Assembly: GCA_963833715.1 (NCBI GenBank)
Contig: CAWHZB010000001.1
Location: 1,185 to 65,184 of the forward strand
DNA: 64,000 nucleotides
Source: an uncultured Alphaproteobacteria bacterium
GTDB lineage: Bacteria > Pseudomonadota > Alphaproteobacteria > Rhizobiales > Hyphomicrobiaceae
Direction: 5' to 3'
Shown: in pieces, positions 20,000 to 31,670 of the stretch
How the letters are laid out: each line of letters begins with the position of its first letter
Numbering within the stretch: position 1 is the stretch's first letter
Notes under the pieces: generated by a model
Told to the model about the DNA's origin: nothing
The model's database searches: none
What the model saw: only the letters and a program-made list of their open reading frames with translations
Position numbers and translations under genes: made by a program

Positions 20000-20647
20000 C
20001 TACGGCCGCGACTGTGACAGCTTCTCGATCTTCTGCTGCATCGCTGAAAGCTGCGACTTGAGCTCGCTCAATTCGTCGCGCTCCGTAGCCGCTGGTGTTG
20101 TGGTCCCCGGCGTTGCTGCAGGCTGACCTTCGGCTCCCTTCGCGGGGCGCGGCCCGCTGGCGGCGGCACCGAACGAAGCCCACATCGACATCGCTTGCTC
20201 GAACATTGCCATGTTCTGGCGCGCCTGCTGCTGGTAAAAGTCAAACGCGGCGGCGGGATTGGCGAACGCCGAAGCGAACTGCTCGCGAAAACGAACCTGC
20301 TCCTTCGCCAAATGCTCGAGGCTGAATTGCAGATAGCTTGGCACCATGCGCGCAATGCTATCATCATAGAAACGGATGAGCTGGCGTAGGAACGGAATAG
20401 GCAGCAATGCCTGTCCGCCTTCGCGGCTTTCCTGCTCGACAATGATTTGCGTCAATACGGCGTGCGTGAGATCGTCGCCATTCTTTGCGTCATAAACAAC
20501 GAAGTCACGATCGCCACGCACCATCTTCGCCAAGTCATCGAGCGTTACGTAAGTACTCGTCTCGGTGTTATAGAGACGCCGGTTCGCGTATTTTTTGACG
20601 ACCACCGTTTCGCGTTTCGGGGCCTGAGTTTCGGCGTTGTTCAACAT
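20000..20647 (-). CDS. phaR: Polyhydroxyalkanoate synthesis repressor
   Basis: KKYANRRLYNTETSTYVTLDDL...DLTHAVLTQIIVEQE; divergent from phaAB. The start could extend to 20695. Confidence 0.95.
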   Translation of the reverse strand: MLNNAETQAPKRETVVVKKYANRRLYNTETSTYVTLDDLAKMVRGDRDFVVYDAKNGDDLTHAVLTQIIVEQESREGGQALLPIPFLRQLIRFYDDSIARMVPSYLQFSLEHLAKEQVRFREQFASAFANPAAAFDFYQQQARQNMAMFEQAMSMWASFGAAASGPRPAKGAEGQPAATPGTTTPAATERDELSELKSQLSAMQQKIEKLSQSRP

Positions 20648-20887
20648 CGCTTTCGCGTTCTCGCTAAACGGCTGCCCTGGAATTTTATGTTGCACTGCGG
20701 CAGCGTATCACACCGTTAGGGTAGGCCGCCAGACGTTTCTGGAGGTCTTTTAACCCGAAATAGCCAAGAGGTCGCAATTGCTGAAAATCACCGCGCGCTG
20801 CAAAGTAGCTCAGCATTAAAAATGGCGCCGCAGCGGCGCACTCTATAAACCCTCAGACAGGATAGTGCCCAGGGAGGGGCGCCCCAA

Positions 20888-22078
20888 ATGAGCCAAGATG
20901 CTTCGACGATTGTCATCGCGAGTGCTGCACGTACACCGGTCGGCTCATTCAACGGCTCGTTGGCGTCGTTACCCGCTTCAAAACTTGGTGAAATTGCAAT
21001 CAAGGCAGCGCTTGAGCGCGCCAAAGTCCAGCCTAGTGAGGTCTCGGAGGTCATCCTCGGCCAGGTTCTGACAGCCGCCCAGGGGCAAGGACCGGCGCGG
21101 CAGGCGTCGGTTGGAGCCGGAATACCCGTCGATGCTCCGGCATGGGGCATCAATCAAATTTGCGGCTCGGGGTTGCGCGCCGTCGCAATCGGCATGCAGC
21201 AGATCCAGACCGGGGCGGCCTCGATCGTCGTCGCCGGCGGACAGGAAAGCATGAGCCGCGCTGTGCACGGCGCGCACATGCGCGACGGAACCAAGATGGG
21301 CGACGTCAAGTTCGTCGATACAATGGTCAAGGACGGTCTCTGGGACGCGTTCAACGACTATCACATGGGCGCGACGGCAGAAAATGTGGCGCGCCAGTGG
21401 CAGATCACGCGCGAGGAACAGGACAAGTTTGCCGTCGCCTCGCAGAACAAAGCCGAAGCGGCCAAGAAGGCCGGCAAGTTCAAGGACGAGATCACGCCGG
21501 TCACCATCAAAGGCAAGAAGGGCGATACCGTCGTCGATCAGGACGAGTTCATCAAGGATGGCGTGACGCTCGACAGTATCGCCAAGCTTCGTCCGGCATT
21601 CGATCCGAAAGAAGGTACCGTCACGGCCGCTAATGCCTCCGGCATCAACGACGGCGCCGCCGTGGTTGTGCTGATGACGGCAGCCGAGGCCGCAAAGCGT
21701 GGGATCGAACCGCTCGCCCGTATCGTTTCGTGGGCAACGACCGGCGTCGATCCGTCGATCATGGGCACTGGACCCATTTCAGCTTCGAAGAAAGCGCTTG
21801 AGAAAGCCGGTTGGTCGATCAACGACCTGGATTTGATTGAGGCTAATGAAGCCTTCGCTTCGCAGGCGATCGCTGTGAACAAAGGCCTCGGCTGGGACAC
21901 CGATAAGGTCAACGTCAACGGCGGCGCTATCGCCATCGGGCACCCGATCGGAGCATCGGGCGCTCGCATCCTTAATACGCTTCTGCACGAAATGAAGCGT
22001 CGCGATGCCAAGAAGGGCCTTGCCACGCTGTGCATCGGCGGCGGCATGGGCGTGGCTATGTGCATCGCCCGCGACTAA
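20888..22078 (+). CDS. phaA: Acetyl-CoA acetyltransferase (beta-ketothiolase)
   Basis: [21 protein letters not shown] and CIGGGMG motifs. Confidence 0.97.
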   Translation: MSQDASTIVIASAARTPVGSFNGSLASLPASKLGEIAIKAALERAKVQPSEVSEVILGQVLTAAQGQGPARQASVGAGIPVDAPAWGINQICGSGLRAVAIGMQQIQTGAASIVVAGGQESMSRAVHGAHMRDGTKMGDVKFVDTMVKDGLWDAFNDYHMGATAENVARQWQITREEQDKFAVASQNKAEAAKKAGKFKDEITPVTIKGKKGDTVVDQDEFIKDGVTLDSIAKLRPAFDPKEGTVTAANASGINDGAAVVVLMTAAEAAKRGIEPLARIVSWATTGVDPSIMGTGPISASKKALEKAGWSINDLDLIEANEAFASQAIAVNKGLGWDTDKVNVNGGAIAIGHPIGASGARILNTLLHEMKRRDAKKGLATLCIGGGMGVAMCIARD

Positions 22079-22174
22079 GCTGAACGACACTTCACGCAGC
22101 CGTTTGCGAAACGGACGGCTGCGCGCCTCGTCAAACTTCGCAAGTTTACACAAAAAATCCAGGGAGAAAGTACT

Positions 22175-22903
22175 ATGGCACGGGTTGCCCTCGTCACCGG
22201 AGGCACGCGCGGCATTGGCCACGCGATTTCGACTGCACTCAAGAACAGCGGCTATCGCGTCGCGGCGAGTTACGCCGGAAACGATGCGGCCGCTCAAGCC
22301 TTCCAGGTCGAAACGGGCATTCCGGTCTACAAGTTTGACGTTTCAAGTTACGAGGCGACTGAAAAGGCGGTTCAGCAAATCGCCAAGGACCTCGGCCCTA
22401 TCGACGTGCTCGTGAATAATGCCGGCATCACGCGCGACGGCATGTTTCACAAGATGACGAAGCAGCAGTGGGACGAAGTCATCGGCACGAACCTCAACGG
22501 CCTTTTCAATGTCACGCGTCAGGTCTGGGAAGGTATGCGGGCCCGCAAGTTCGGCCGCGTCATCAATATTTCCTCGATCAACGGCCAGAAGGGCCAGATG
22601 GGCCAAGTCAACTATTCTGCATCGAAGGCCGGCGACCTCGGCTTCACGAAAGCCCTGGCGCAGGAAGGTGCGCGTGCCGGTATCACCGTCAACGCCATCT
22701 GCCCGGGATACATCGCAACCGAGATGGTCAAGGCCGTGCCGAAGGACGTACTTGAGAAGAGCATTCTTCCGCAGATCCCGGTCGGTCGCCTTGGTGAACC
22801 AAGCGAAATCGCGCGCTGTGTCGTTTTCCTCGCCTCTGACGATGCCGGCTTCGTCACTGGCGCGACGCTGACCGCAAACGGCGGCCAATACCTCGCAAGT
22901 TGA
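22175..22903 (+). CDS. phaB: Acetoacetyl-CoA reductase
   Basis: TGGTRGIG, NNAGITRD, NGQKGQMGQVNYSASKAG; directly follows phaA. Confidence 0.97.
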   Translation: MARVALVTGGTRGIGHAISTALKNSGYRVAASYAGNDAAAQAFQVETGIPVYKFDVSSYEATEKAVQQIAKDLGPIDVLVNNAGITRDGMFHKMTKQQWDEVIGTNLNGLFNVTRQVWEGMRARKFGRVINISSINGQKGQMGQVNYSASKAGDLGFTKALAQEGARAGITVNAICPGYIATEMVKAVPKDVLEKSILPQIPVGRLGEPSEIARCVVFLASDDAGFVTGATLTANGGQYLAS

Positions 22904-22941
22904 CGATTGACCTCGAATGCCGGCGGCGAGGCTGCAACTAG

Positions 22942-22974
22942 AAACGCGACCACCTTTGAGTTGGTCGCGTTTTT
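22942..22974 (+). terminator. Rho-independent terminator after phaB
   Basis: AAACGCGACC...GGTCGCGTTT stem followed by a T run. Confidence 0.8.
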
Positions 22975-23234
22975 GCTGTAGTCATCACTGGCGATCTCCA
23001 TCTCGTTGACTGCAATCCGTCCGCTCGAACTCTTCGCGATGAGCGTTGACGTTGGCGTCCGTTGCTGGCTTAGCGTGGGCGGCGGCGACGGGCGAACGTC
23101 GCCACGTCTATTGGCCGCGGCCGTGCTGGTGACTCTCCGCGGGGCAGAGCTTCGGCGGCAGCAATCAGCGGAACAAGCACAGCCCCGCTGACATCGAGCA
23201 CGCTCCAATCGGTGATCGCATCCGCGGGCGCTTG

Positions 23235-25168
23235 CTAGCCGCGGAACCTCGACCTGACGATGCGCGGAAACTCGTCTTCGCTCTCGTTTTGGTTCTGACG
23301 GTAAGCGCTGGCGCTGCGCTGCTCGGCCTCGCGCTGCTCGACAATATGTTGCCGCCCCTCTTCGAGGCTCCACCACTGCTCACCCTTCGGCGCCGCGGCG
23401 GCCGCGGTCATGGTGGGGGATTGCGCAGCAGGCAGAGACGGACTGCCGCGGCCTTGCTGCGGTTGGCGCGAGGCCTGTTGCGGAGCTGAGAACCAAGCTT
23501 CGATCAGGTCGAGTTCGTCAACCGAAAGGCTGAGGCCTTGGCTGCGGCAGCGCGCGACCACGAAATTGCGGAAACGGCTGGCGAACAAACCAGCCGACGT
23601 TCCCTGCTCGAACCAGGGGTCGGATTCGCTGATGACGTCATAGATGAACCGTAGGTCGTCGCGCTTGATGTCGAGCCCGAATTCGCGTGCGCGCTGGGTA
23701 ATGTTGGTGAGCGTTTGCGCACCGTGCAGTCCGTTTGCCTTGATCTCCTTCGCCACAGCATCGAACAGGACGCGGTATTCGGCAGGAGCCAGGGCGGGAG
23801 CCTGACAGGCTTCGTGAATGCGCGCGATCGACTGCTGAATCTGTGTCGCCTGATCGGCACTGCGTGGCTGAGCCGTCATCGGCGGCGGCGGCGTCTGCTG
23901 TGCCTGCGTTCTTGGTAGGTCGCGACGCGGATCAGCTGGGTAGCCAGGCTGTTGCGGGGGAGGGGCAATCGGGCTGCGGCGCAGCGAGAGTTCGAAGGCT
24001 GTGCCGGTGCGTTGCTGGTAATGCGTGATGCGGTGATTGGCGGCGCCGGCACAGCGACGGCGTTTGGCGTCTCGCTGTAACGCTGCTGGTTCGAAGGCTG
24101 GAAAGTGTTCTGAAACGGCTGCTGCGGCCCCGTCGGCGGTACCTGCATTTGCATGCGCGGTAGCGTCGGCCGCGATTCGGGCTGCGGTTGCGCGTTGGGC
24201 GCTTCCATCAGGGCCTCGCGCCGCCGAGGTTCTGCCGCAGGAGGCGCCAGTTGTGGCGCAATCAATCCGGTGGCCGAAATATGCCGGTTGCCGTCGAAAA
24301 CCGTATAGGGCGCCGTATCGCTGAGATGGATATCCTCCGGAAGATCGGCGAGCAGCAGCTCGCGAAACGACCCGTAACCTCCCCAATTTGTGCCGACCGT
24401 CTTTTCGCGACCGACGATGCGCACCGCGCGGTCCGCCAGCGTTTCGAGCGGCACAGCCTGCGGCGCGTTACGGACGAAATCGATGACTTCTGACAGGACG
24501 GCTTTGCGGGCCGCCTCGACGTCAATCGCAGGGACAGCGGGCTGCGTGGTGATCTCGCGTGTCGTCGCCCCGGAAAGGGTTCTGCTGCTGGTCAACAAAG
24601 CGATGAGATTCGACTCGCGTATCTCGCCGTCACTCAGCGCTGTGTAGGGCTGCACCGTATGATCATTCGCGAACACGACGGTACGTCGAGCATGAGCCCT
24701 GAGCCGGTGTAGCACCGGCGTGAAATCCGCATCGCCGGACAAAATGATGAACTCGTCGAAATATGTGTCATGTGTGAGGATGTCACAGATATCTATCACG
24801 ATGCGGATGTCGGCGGAGTTCTTCAGCTGCGCGGTCAGCGGCGGGCAATCGATGACTTCAAAGCCCGCGCGCAGGAAATGATGTCGGATGAAGGGAAACG
24901 AATTCATGTCGGTGGAATTGTCGTGCGCGTTCCGCCGCGGCACGGGATTGCCATAGCAGCGGTTCATCGCGACACGTCGCTCGGCCGTCGCCACGTAAGG
25001 CGATGTCGGTGTAATAAGTTCGCCGGACACGATGCCTTGCAACCACACACCGCTGTCCTTAGCGAAGCGCTTCGCGGCGTCCTCGTTCTTGCGCTTCAGC
25101 GATAGGTAGATGTTGTCGTAATCGACAAACACCGTGGATAGGACGGGTCCTGAGGACTCGCGTTTCAT
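23235..25168 (-). pseudogene. NYN-domain protein with long Pro/Gln linker and C-terminal helical domain, frameshifted (~23960-24010)
   Basis: VFVDYDNIY, KNSADIRIVID and SGDADFTPVL NYN motifs in ORF 23876-25237. The C-terminal globular part (IHEACQAP...RFRNFV...WF) is in ORF 23235-24386. Confidence 0.8.
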
Positions 25169-25376
25169 AGACGGCAACCCCCGTGAATCGCACTCTTGAT
25201 TCGCAGCCACTGTTGACGAGTCGGATGCCGCCAGCAAGAAGCGCGGCCACGCCTATGAACCAAAGCGGCAATTATCCCGTGGATTGAATGCCATTGCGCC
25301 ACGTGCGCAAAAATTGAGTATGGGGACGACCGGTGGATAGCGTTCGAAAGACGTTGCGCTGTTGCTTCTCCGCCGC

Positions 25377-25847
25377 TCAACCCCTCCGCGACGGCAGATC
25401 AGGAGAGAAATCCGGAGCGGCGAGCGTGAAGCCATCGAATGTGAAACCGGGCGCGACCGTGCAGCCGACGAGCGTCCATGCGCCAAGGCTTCGGGCTCGC
25501 TGCCAATGCCCCTTTGGAACGATAGCCTGTGGCCTCTCTCCGTGATCGAGACGAGGCCCTAAGCGAAGGGTTTCGATTGGACCGCCCGGCGGCGAGGTCT
25601 CGAGCAGCAGCGCATCGCCGGCGTAGAAATGCCAGGCTTCTGCGGCATCGACTACGTGCCAGTGCGACTGCTCGCCGGCTTCGAGCAGAAAATAGATGGC
25701 GCTGGAAGCGGCGCGCTGATCGGCTTCGGCAGTGTCGCGAAAGGTTTCCCGAAAATGACCGCCTTCGGGATGCGGCGCGAGATCGAGAATATGGATTACG
25801 TCGTCCGCGGTGAGGCCCTTGTTGCCGTGCGGGCCATCGTTGCTCAC
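25377..25847 (-). CDS. Cupin-superfamily protein (Cupin_5/DUF985)
   Basis: L.PHPEGGHFRETFRD, IYFLL, SHWH, E.WHFYAG and GCTVAPGF.F.GF motifs. Confidence 0.92.
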   Translation of the reverse strand: MSNDGPHGNKGLTADDVIHILDLAPHPEGGHFRETFRDTAEADQRAASSAIYFLLEAGEQSHWHVVDAAEAWHFYAGDALLLETSPPGGPIETLRLGPRLDHGERPQAIVPKGHWQRARSLGAWTLVGCTVAPGFTFDGFTLAAPDFSPDLPSRRG

Positions 25848-25852
25848 GAACG

Positions 25853-26623
25853 TTACGCCTTGTTTTTCAGTTGCCGCAGGCGCGCGAAGATTTGCCAGTC
25901 GAGCGCGCCCTCGAGCCCGAGCCGTGCGCGAATGGCGTGCGAGTGCGGTCTGAGAAACGGATTCGTGGCCCGCTCCCTTTCGACGGTGGTCGGTAGCGTC
26001 GGTTTTCCGGCGGCCCGCAGCGCTTCGACCTCCGCAACACGGGCTTTTAGCGCATCGTTTTCGGGCTCGATCGTCATCGCGAACCGGGCGTTGTTGAGCG
26101 TGTACTCATGCCCGCAATAGATGTTCGTATGACCGGGCAGCGCAGCGATTTTCGAAACCGAGTTCCACATCATCTGCGGATCGCCTTCGAAGACACGCCC
26201 GCAACCGAGCGAAAACAACGTGTCGCCGGTAAATGCGATGGTGTCGTCGGGGAAGAAGTATGTAACATGGCCCAGGGTATGGCCCGGAGTTTCGATCACG
26301 TTTATCGGGTGCCCGGCGAAAGCGAGGTTTGTCGACGCCGTGACGCCTCGCGTCAGCCCCGGTATGCGGTCGGCCTCGACCTCGGGCCCTGTGACAGTGG
26401 CGACGTAGTAAGCCCTAAGATCGGCAACACCGGCAGTGTGATCGGTATGATGGTGCGTGATGAAAATGTGGTTTAGCCGCCAGCCGCGCTCGGTCAGGGC
26501 AGCCTTGATGCGGGGCGCGTGAGACGCGTCGATAACAGCAGTTTCGCCGCTGTCCGGCTCATGTAGCAGGACGCAGTAGTTGTCCGTCAGGCACGGAACA
26601 AGAACGATATCGAGGGCTCCCAT
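25853..26623 (-). CDS. gloB: Hydroxyacylglutathione hydrolase (glyoxalase II)
   Basis: THHHTDH, TPGHTLGH, GDTLF..GCGR and CGHEYT motifs. Confidence 0.95.
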   Translation of the reverse strand: MGALDIVLVPCLTDNYCVLLHEPDSGETAVIDASHAPRIKAALTERGWRLNHIFITHHHTDHTAGVADLRAYYVATVTGPEVEADRIPGLTRGVTASTNLAFAGHPINVIETPGHTLGHVTYFFPDDTIAFTGDTLFSLGCGRVFEGDPQMMWNSVSKIAALPGHTNIYCGHEYTLNNARFAMTIEPENDALKARVAEVEALRAAGKPTLPTTVERERATNPFLRPHSHAIRARLGLEGALDWQIFARLRQLKNKA

Positions 26624-26776
26624 GGGCGAAGTCTGATCAAGCTCTCATGGACTGTCAAACGTAACGAAACGCCGCAGCAGATAACTGGTTCCTGTGTGGC
26701 TGCTGTCTCTGGCGGTCCGGATCGTTTACAGAGATGCGGGCAAGTCCTACCGCCGCCCAGGTTTGCAAGTGCCGCC

Positions 26777-27553
26777 ATGTCGCTCGACGTTAAAAATCTT
26801 AGAGATTTCTACCGAACGCCATTGGGCCGGATGGTGCGGCGGCAGCTTGCTCCGGTCATCCGCAAACGATGGAACAGCCTCTCCGGCTTGACAGTTGCCG
26901 GGGCTGGGTTCGCAGCACCGTTTCTCGGCCCGTTCCGTGCCGAAGCCACTAGTCTTGCTTGCCTCATGCCGGCGCGCCAAGGGGCTCTGGTCTGGCCGCA
27001 CACAGGCCATTGCCATACCGTCCTCGTCGGGGAAAACCATTGGCCGCTGCCCGATAATTCCGTTGATCGGCTGCTTGCCGTCCACTGCCTCGAGCAAGCC
27101 GAGCGCGTCGGGCCACTGCTTCGTGAGATGTGGCGTGTCCTGAAGCCGGACGGGCTCATATTGATCATAGTGCCGAACCGCCGTGGGCTCTGGTCGCGGA
27201 TGGACAAGACTCCGTTCGGCCACGGACTACCGTTCAGTCGCGGCCAGCTCGAGGCGCAATTGACGGACGCGCTGTTCACACCTGTCGATTGGGGTGAGGC
27301 ACTCCACTTCCCGCCGTCCAACAGGAGGCTGCTGTTGCGCATGGTTCCGGCGATCGAACGTTTCGGCGCCGGCATGCCGATCGGCGTTGCGGGCGTCATT
27401 TTGGTCGAGGCACGCAAAGAGGTAATGGCGGCCGTCGGCGGAGGCTTGAAAGTCGCACAGCCTGCGATTTTCAAACCAGCTGATGTGAGCAAGCCCGCCG
27501 GCGCGCGCCGCCGCGAGAGCATTTTCAGGCGAAGTGACACCGGTTCGCCGTAG
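26777..27553 (+). CDS. Class I SAM-dependent methyltransferase (divergent from gloB)
   Basis: DFYRTPLG, G.GFAAPFL, WPLPDNSVD, E.WRVL.PDG and TPFGHG.PFS motifs. Confidence 0.88.
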   Translation: MSLDVKNLRDFYRTPLGRMVRRQLAPVIRKRWNSLSGLTVAGAGFAAPFLGPFRAEATSLACLMPARQGALVWPHTGHCHTVLVGENHWPLPDNSVDRLLAVHCLEQAERVGPLLREMWRVLKPDGLILIIVPNRRGLWSRMDKTPFGHGLPFSRGQLEAQLTDALFTPVDWGEALHFPPSNRRLLLRMVPAIERFGAGMPIGVAGVILVEARKEVMAAVGGGLKVAQPAIFKPADVSKPAGARRRESIFRRSDTGSP

Positions 27554-27575
27554 AAACTGCGACCAATAAAAAACT

Positions 27576-28235
27576 CTAGCCGGCTTTGCGTGCCGAGCTG
27601 CGCAGAAGAAAGACGGCCTTCTCACCGAACAGGTTCTGCATCGACAGCGACCACTTGATCGGCAGACGTCTGCCATGGGCATTGAATGCGACGGCCTGCT
27701 CGACCTCGGCGTTGGCGCGTGCGCAAAGATCGGCAAAATCACGGATCGTGCACAGGTGCGCGTTCGGTGTCAGGTACCACAGGTCCGGCAAGTTGGTGGT
27801 TATCGGCATGCGCCCGCCCAAGAGCAGCCCGGTGCGTACCTGCCAGTGACCGAAATTCGGAAACGAGACGATGACCCGGCGGCCAATCCGCAAAAGGTTC
27901 TCGAGCACGGTCTTCGGCTGCCGCGTCGCCTGAACAGTGAGCGAAAGGATGGCATAGTCGAAGGCCTGGTCGGGGTAATTGTCGAGATCGTGGTCGGCGT
28001 CGCCCTGAATGACTGAGAGCCCGTGAGCCACGCAGGCATTGACTTTGTCGCGCTGAATCTCGACCCCGCGGCCGTCGACGCCTTTGCGTTCGGCCAAGAG
28101 ATGCAGCAACTCTCCGTCGCCGCAACCGACGTCAAGCACGCGGGCGCCGGCTTCGACCATCTCGGTGATCAGCACGTGGTCGACGCGCGGCGGTTTTCCG
28201 CCGCCGATCAATTGCAGTTCTTCGGACGCGCTCAT
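27576..28235 (-). CDS. metW: Methionine biosynthesis protein MetW
   Basis: [26 protein letters not shown] and TPNAHLCTI motifs; overlaps the metX stop. Confidence 0.95.
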   Translation of the reverse strand: MSASEELQLIGGGKPPRVDHVLITEMVEAGARVLDVGCGDGELLHLLAERKGVDGRGVEIQRDKVNACVAHGLSVIQGDADHDLDNYPDQAFDYAILSLTVQATRQPKTVLENLLRIGRRVIVSFPNFGHWQVRTGLLLGGRMPITTNLPDLWYLTPNAHLCTIRDFADLCARANAEVEQAVAFNAHGRRLPIKWSLSMQNLFGEKAVFLLRSSARKAG

Positions 28236-29452
28236 CCCGCGGCCTCGTCGCGGGCACCGAGGCCGCGCTTCACTGCCGCGGCATTGAGAAAGCCGCGTAT
28301 AGTCGCGAAGAACGTCGGCTCTTCGAGCAGGAAGGCATCGTGGCCCTTGTCAGTCTCGATCTCGACGAACGATACATTCGCGGCGACGGCATTTAGTGCC
28401 TGAACGATTAGCCGGCTGCCGCGCGTCGGATAGAGCCAGTCCGACGTAAACGAGACGACACAAAAGCGAGTCCGCGTTCCGCGAAAGGCGTTAGCGAGAA
28501 CATTGCCGTTCCCCTCGCGCAAATCGAAGTAATCCATAGCGCGGGTGATGTAGAGATAGCTGTTGGCATCAAAGCGATCGACGAACGTCGAGCCTTGATA
28601 ACGCAAATAGCTTTCGACCTGGAAATCGGCATTGAACGAGAACGTCAGAGCCGACAGATCTTGCAGACTGCGACCGAACTTCTGATGCAGTGCCTCTTCC
28701 GAGAGATAGGTGATGTGGGCCGCCATGCGTGCAACGGCGAGGCCGTTTCGCGGCACCTTGCTGGTAGCGTAGTAATTGCCGCCCGCCCAATCCGGATCGG
28801 CCATCACAGCCTGTCGTCCGACCTCATGAAAGGCGATGTTTTGCGATGAGTGCCAGGCGGTCGCCGCGATCGGCACAGCCGCGAACACGCGATCCTTGAA
28901 GCGCGATGCCCATTCGAGCACCTGCATGCCGCCCATCGAACCACCGATGACCGCAAACAGCTGGTCGATGCCGAGGTGATCCATCAGGTGCGCTTGCGCT
29001 TCGACCATGTCGCCGATGGTGATGACGGGAAAATCGAGACCGTAAGGCGCTCCTGTTTTCGGATTGATCGACGCAGGTCCGGTTGAGCCCATGCAGCCGC
29101 CTAGAACGTTTGTGCAAATGACGTAGAACCGGTCCGTATCGACGGGCTTGCCCGGGCCGACGAGCGCATTCCACCAACCGGGCTTCCCCGTAATGGGATG
29201 CGTGCTTGCGACATACTGGTCGCCGGTCAGCGCATGGCAAACGAGGATGGCGTTGGACTTCGCGGCATTGAGCTCACCATAGGTCTGGTAGGCTACGGAG
29301 AACGGCGCCAGATCCTGCTGGCAGGCGAGTCGCAAAGGGGCCGCGGCGTCGAAATGCACGACGGGGCTCGAAGGCTTGTACACCTCGGAATGTCGCCGCG
29401 CGGCCGAGGCTTTGAGATCAGGCGTTGCGACGGTCATCGGCTTAGTCGGCAT
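28232..29452 (-). CDS. metX: Homoserine O-acetyltransferase
   Basis: [31 protein letters not shown] and GHDAFL motifs. Confidence 0.96.
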   Translation of the reverse strand: MPTKPMTVATPDLKASAARRHSEVYKPSSPVVHFDAAAPLRLACQQDLAPFSVAYQTYGELNAAKSNAILVCHALTGDQYVASTHPITGKPGWWNALVGPGKPVDTDRFYVICTNVLGGCMGSTGPASINPKTGAPYGLDFPVITIGDMVEAQAHLMDHLGIDQLFAVIGGSMGGMQVLEWASRFKDRVFAAVPIAATAWHSSQNIAFHEVGRQAVMADPDWAGGNYYATSKVPRNGLAVARMAAHITYLSEEALHQKFGRSLQDLSALTFSFNADFQVESYLRYQGSTFVDRFDANSYLYITRAMDYFDLREGNGNVLANAFRGTRTRFCVVSFTSDWLYPTRGSRLIVQALNAVAANVSFVEIETDKGHDAFLLEEPTFFATIRGFLNAAAVKRGLGARDEAAG

Positions 29453-29586
29453 CCGGGAGGTTAAGGGCTTGGCGGGTTGCTAGTCCCGTCGTCGATAAAG
29501 TCAACTTTAATCTTTGATTTCAACTGGTGAAGCACCTATCAATGCGCCCGCACACGATAAATTCGATCAACAGTTCGAGACACGAC

Positions 29587-30690
29587 ATGGCGGCACCGGG
29601 ACCAATCGCGCGTCCAGGCATCCTCGATATCGAGGCCTATGTGCCAGGCGAAAGCAAGGCGCCGGGCGGCATGAAGCCTGCGAAGCTGTCGTCCAATGAA
29701 ACGCCGCTGGGCCCGAGCCCTCGGGCGGTCGAGGCGTTCCAGGCGGCAGCTACCGAACTCGAACGTTACCCTGACGGGCAGGCCACGCTGCTGCGTAATG
29801 CTATCGCGCGGCAATATGGTCTGGACCCTCACCGGATCGTCTGCGGCTCGGGTTCCGATGAATTACTGGGCCTGCTCGCGCGCGGCTATCTCGGCCCCGG
29901 CGACGAGGCGATCTACACGACGCACGGCTTCCTCGTCTACCGGATCGCCATTTTAACGAATGGGGCGACCCCCGTCGTTGCGCCTGAGCGCGACCTCAGA
30001 ACCGACGTCGATGCAATCCTTGCCCGAGTCACGCCACGGACGCGCGTCGTGTTCATCGCCAATCCGAACAATCCGACCGGGACCTACATTCCGATCGATG
30101 ACGTCCACCGTCTGCGCGCTGGGCTAAGAGACGACATTCTGCTCGTGCTCGACGCGGCTTATGCCGAATACGTCAGCAACAACGACTATGAAGCCGGTAT
30201 CGAACTCGTTGCGACGACGGCCAACACGGTGATGACGCGGACGTTCTCGAAGATTTATGGTCTCGCGGGGTTGCGGGTCGGTTGGGCCTATTGCCCCGAG
30301 GCCGTGGCCGATGTGCTCAATCGCATTCGCGGACCCTTCAATCTGTCGTCTCCCGCGATCGCCAGCGCAGCCGCCGCGATCGAGGACACCGCGCACATGG
30401 AGCGCGCCAAGCTTCACAATGACGAATGGTTGCCGTGGGTTACAGGCGAATTGCAGAAGCTTGGACTGACTGTAACGCCGAGCGTCGCGAATTTCGTTCT
30501 TTTCCATTTCAAGAACGACGGCGGCAAGACAGCAGCCGATGTCGACACCTATCTCAAATCGCAGGGCATCATCCTGCGCAAGGTCGGCGCCTATGGCTTT
30601 CCGAGCGCGCTGCGCATGACGATCGGGTCGGAGAACGACAACAGGCGGACAATCGCGGCGCTCGCCAAATATCTCAAAGGCGCTGCCTGA
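29587..30690 (+). CDS. hisC: Histidinol-phosphate aminotransferase
   Basis: KLSSNE, RYPD, NPNNPTG, D.AYAEY and [16 protein letters not shown] motifs. Confidence 0.95.
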   Translation: MAAPGPIARPGILDIEAYVPGESKAPGGMKPAKLSSNETPLGPSPRAVEAFQAAATELERYPDGQATLLRNAIARQYGLDPHRIVCGSGSDELLGLLARGYLGPGDEAIYTTHGFLVYRIAILTNGATPVVAPERDLRTDVDAILARVTPRTRVVFIANPNNPTGTYIPIDDVHRLRAGLRDDILLVLDAAYAEYVSNNDYEAGIELVATTANTVMTRTFSKIYGLAGLRVGWAYCPEAVADVLNRIRGPFNLSSPAIASAAAAIEDTAHMERAKLHNDEWLPWVTGELQKLGLTVTPSVANFVLFHFKNDGGKTAADVDTYLKSQGIILRKVGAYGFPSALRMTIGSENDNRRTIAALAKYLKGAA

Positions 30691-31655
30691 TGGGTGAGAA
30701 TTCAGGAACCGTCACATCGGGCGAACGCATGTTCAAGCGAATGGCGCTGATCGGCGTCGGCCTTATCGGGTCGTCGATCAGCCATTCGGCGCGCCGCGCA
30801 GGCCTCGTCGGCGAAATCGTCGGCTGCTCGTCGACCGCGGAGACGCGAGACAAGGCCGAAGCGCTTGGGCTCGTGACGACAGCCTACGCTGATCCCGCCG
30901 AGGCCGTTCGCGGCGCCGACCTGGTCATTCTGTGCACGCCCGTTGGCGCTTACGGCAAAATCGCGGAGGCCATCGGACCGCATCTCGAAAAAGGTGCGAT
31001 CGTGTCGGACGTCGGCTCGGTCAAAGCCGCTGCCGTGCGCGACATCGCTCCGCATATTCCCGATGGCGTGCACTTCATCGCCGGACATCCGGTCGCCGGC
31101 ACCGAGCAGTCAGGCCCTGAAGCGGGCTTCGCCGAACTCTTTGACGGTCGATGGTGCATCCTGACGCCGGAGGCGGAAGCGGACAGCGCGGCACTCGCCA
31201 AGCTCGAGACGTTTTGGCATCGGCTTGGGTCGCACGTCGAGATCATGACACCAGAACATCATGACCTCGTGCTCGCGATCACGAGCCATATCCCGCATCT
31301 CATCGCCTACAACATCGTCAATACGGCAGCCCACCTCGGGCGCGTGACGGACAGCGAAGTGATCAAGTTTTCGGCCGGCGGATTTCGCGATTTCACGCGC
31401 ATTGCCGCGTCCGACCCTGTGATGTGGCGCGACGTATTCCTGAACAACAAGGAGGCGGTGCTTGAGATGCTCGGCCGATTTTCCGAGGATCTCGTGTCGT
31501 TGCAGCGCGCCATCCGCTTCTCCGACGCCGCAACGCTGGAGAAACTATTTGCGGAGGCGCGCGCAATACGGCGCGGCATCATTCAGGCCGGCCAAGATAC
31601 GCCACAGCCGGACTTCGGCCGCCGGACGGAGCGCGTGACGCCGTCCGAGTCCTGA
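30690..31655 (+). CDS. tyrA: Prephenate/arogenate (cyclohexadienyl) dehydrogenase
   Basis: IGVGLIGSS, DVGSVK, GHPVAGTE, HD..LA.TSH.PH and GFRDFTRIA motifs; ATG overlaps the hisC TGA. Confidence 0.93.
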   Translation: MGENSGTVTSGERMFKRMALIGVGLIGSSISHSARRAGLVGEIVGCSSTAETRDKAEALGLVTTAYADPAEAVRGADLVILCTPVGAYGKIAEAIGPHLEKGAIVSDVGSVKAAAVRDIAPHIPDGVHFIAGHPVAGTEQSGPEAGFAELFDGRWCILTPEAEADSAALAKLETFWHRLGSHVEIMTPEHHDLVLAITSHIPHLIAYNIVNTAAHLGRVTDSEVIKFSAGGFRDFTRIAASDPVMWRDVFLNNKEAVLEMLGRFSEDLVSLQRAIRFSDAATLEKLFAEARAIRRGIIQAGQDTPQPDFGRRTERVTPSES

Positions 31656-31670
31656 CCCTCGTTTTAAGGA

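Noticed and set aside
22980-23232. Structured ncRNA (rnpB/tmRNA/6S) between phaB and the NYN gene
   Set aside because: None of the conserved sequence signatures of these RNAs is present; GC-rich pairing is unremarkable.
29453-29586. SAM riboswitch upstream of metX
   Set aside because: No SAM-II/SAM-alpha consensus is visible in the short intergenic region.
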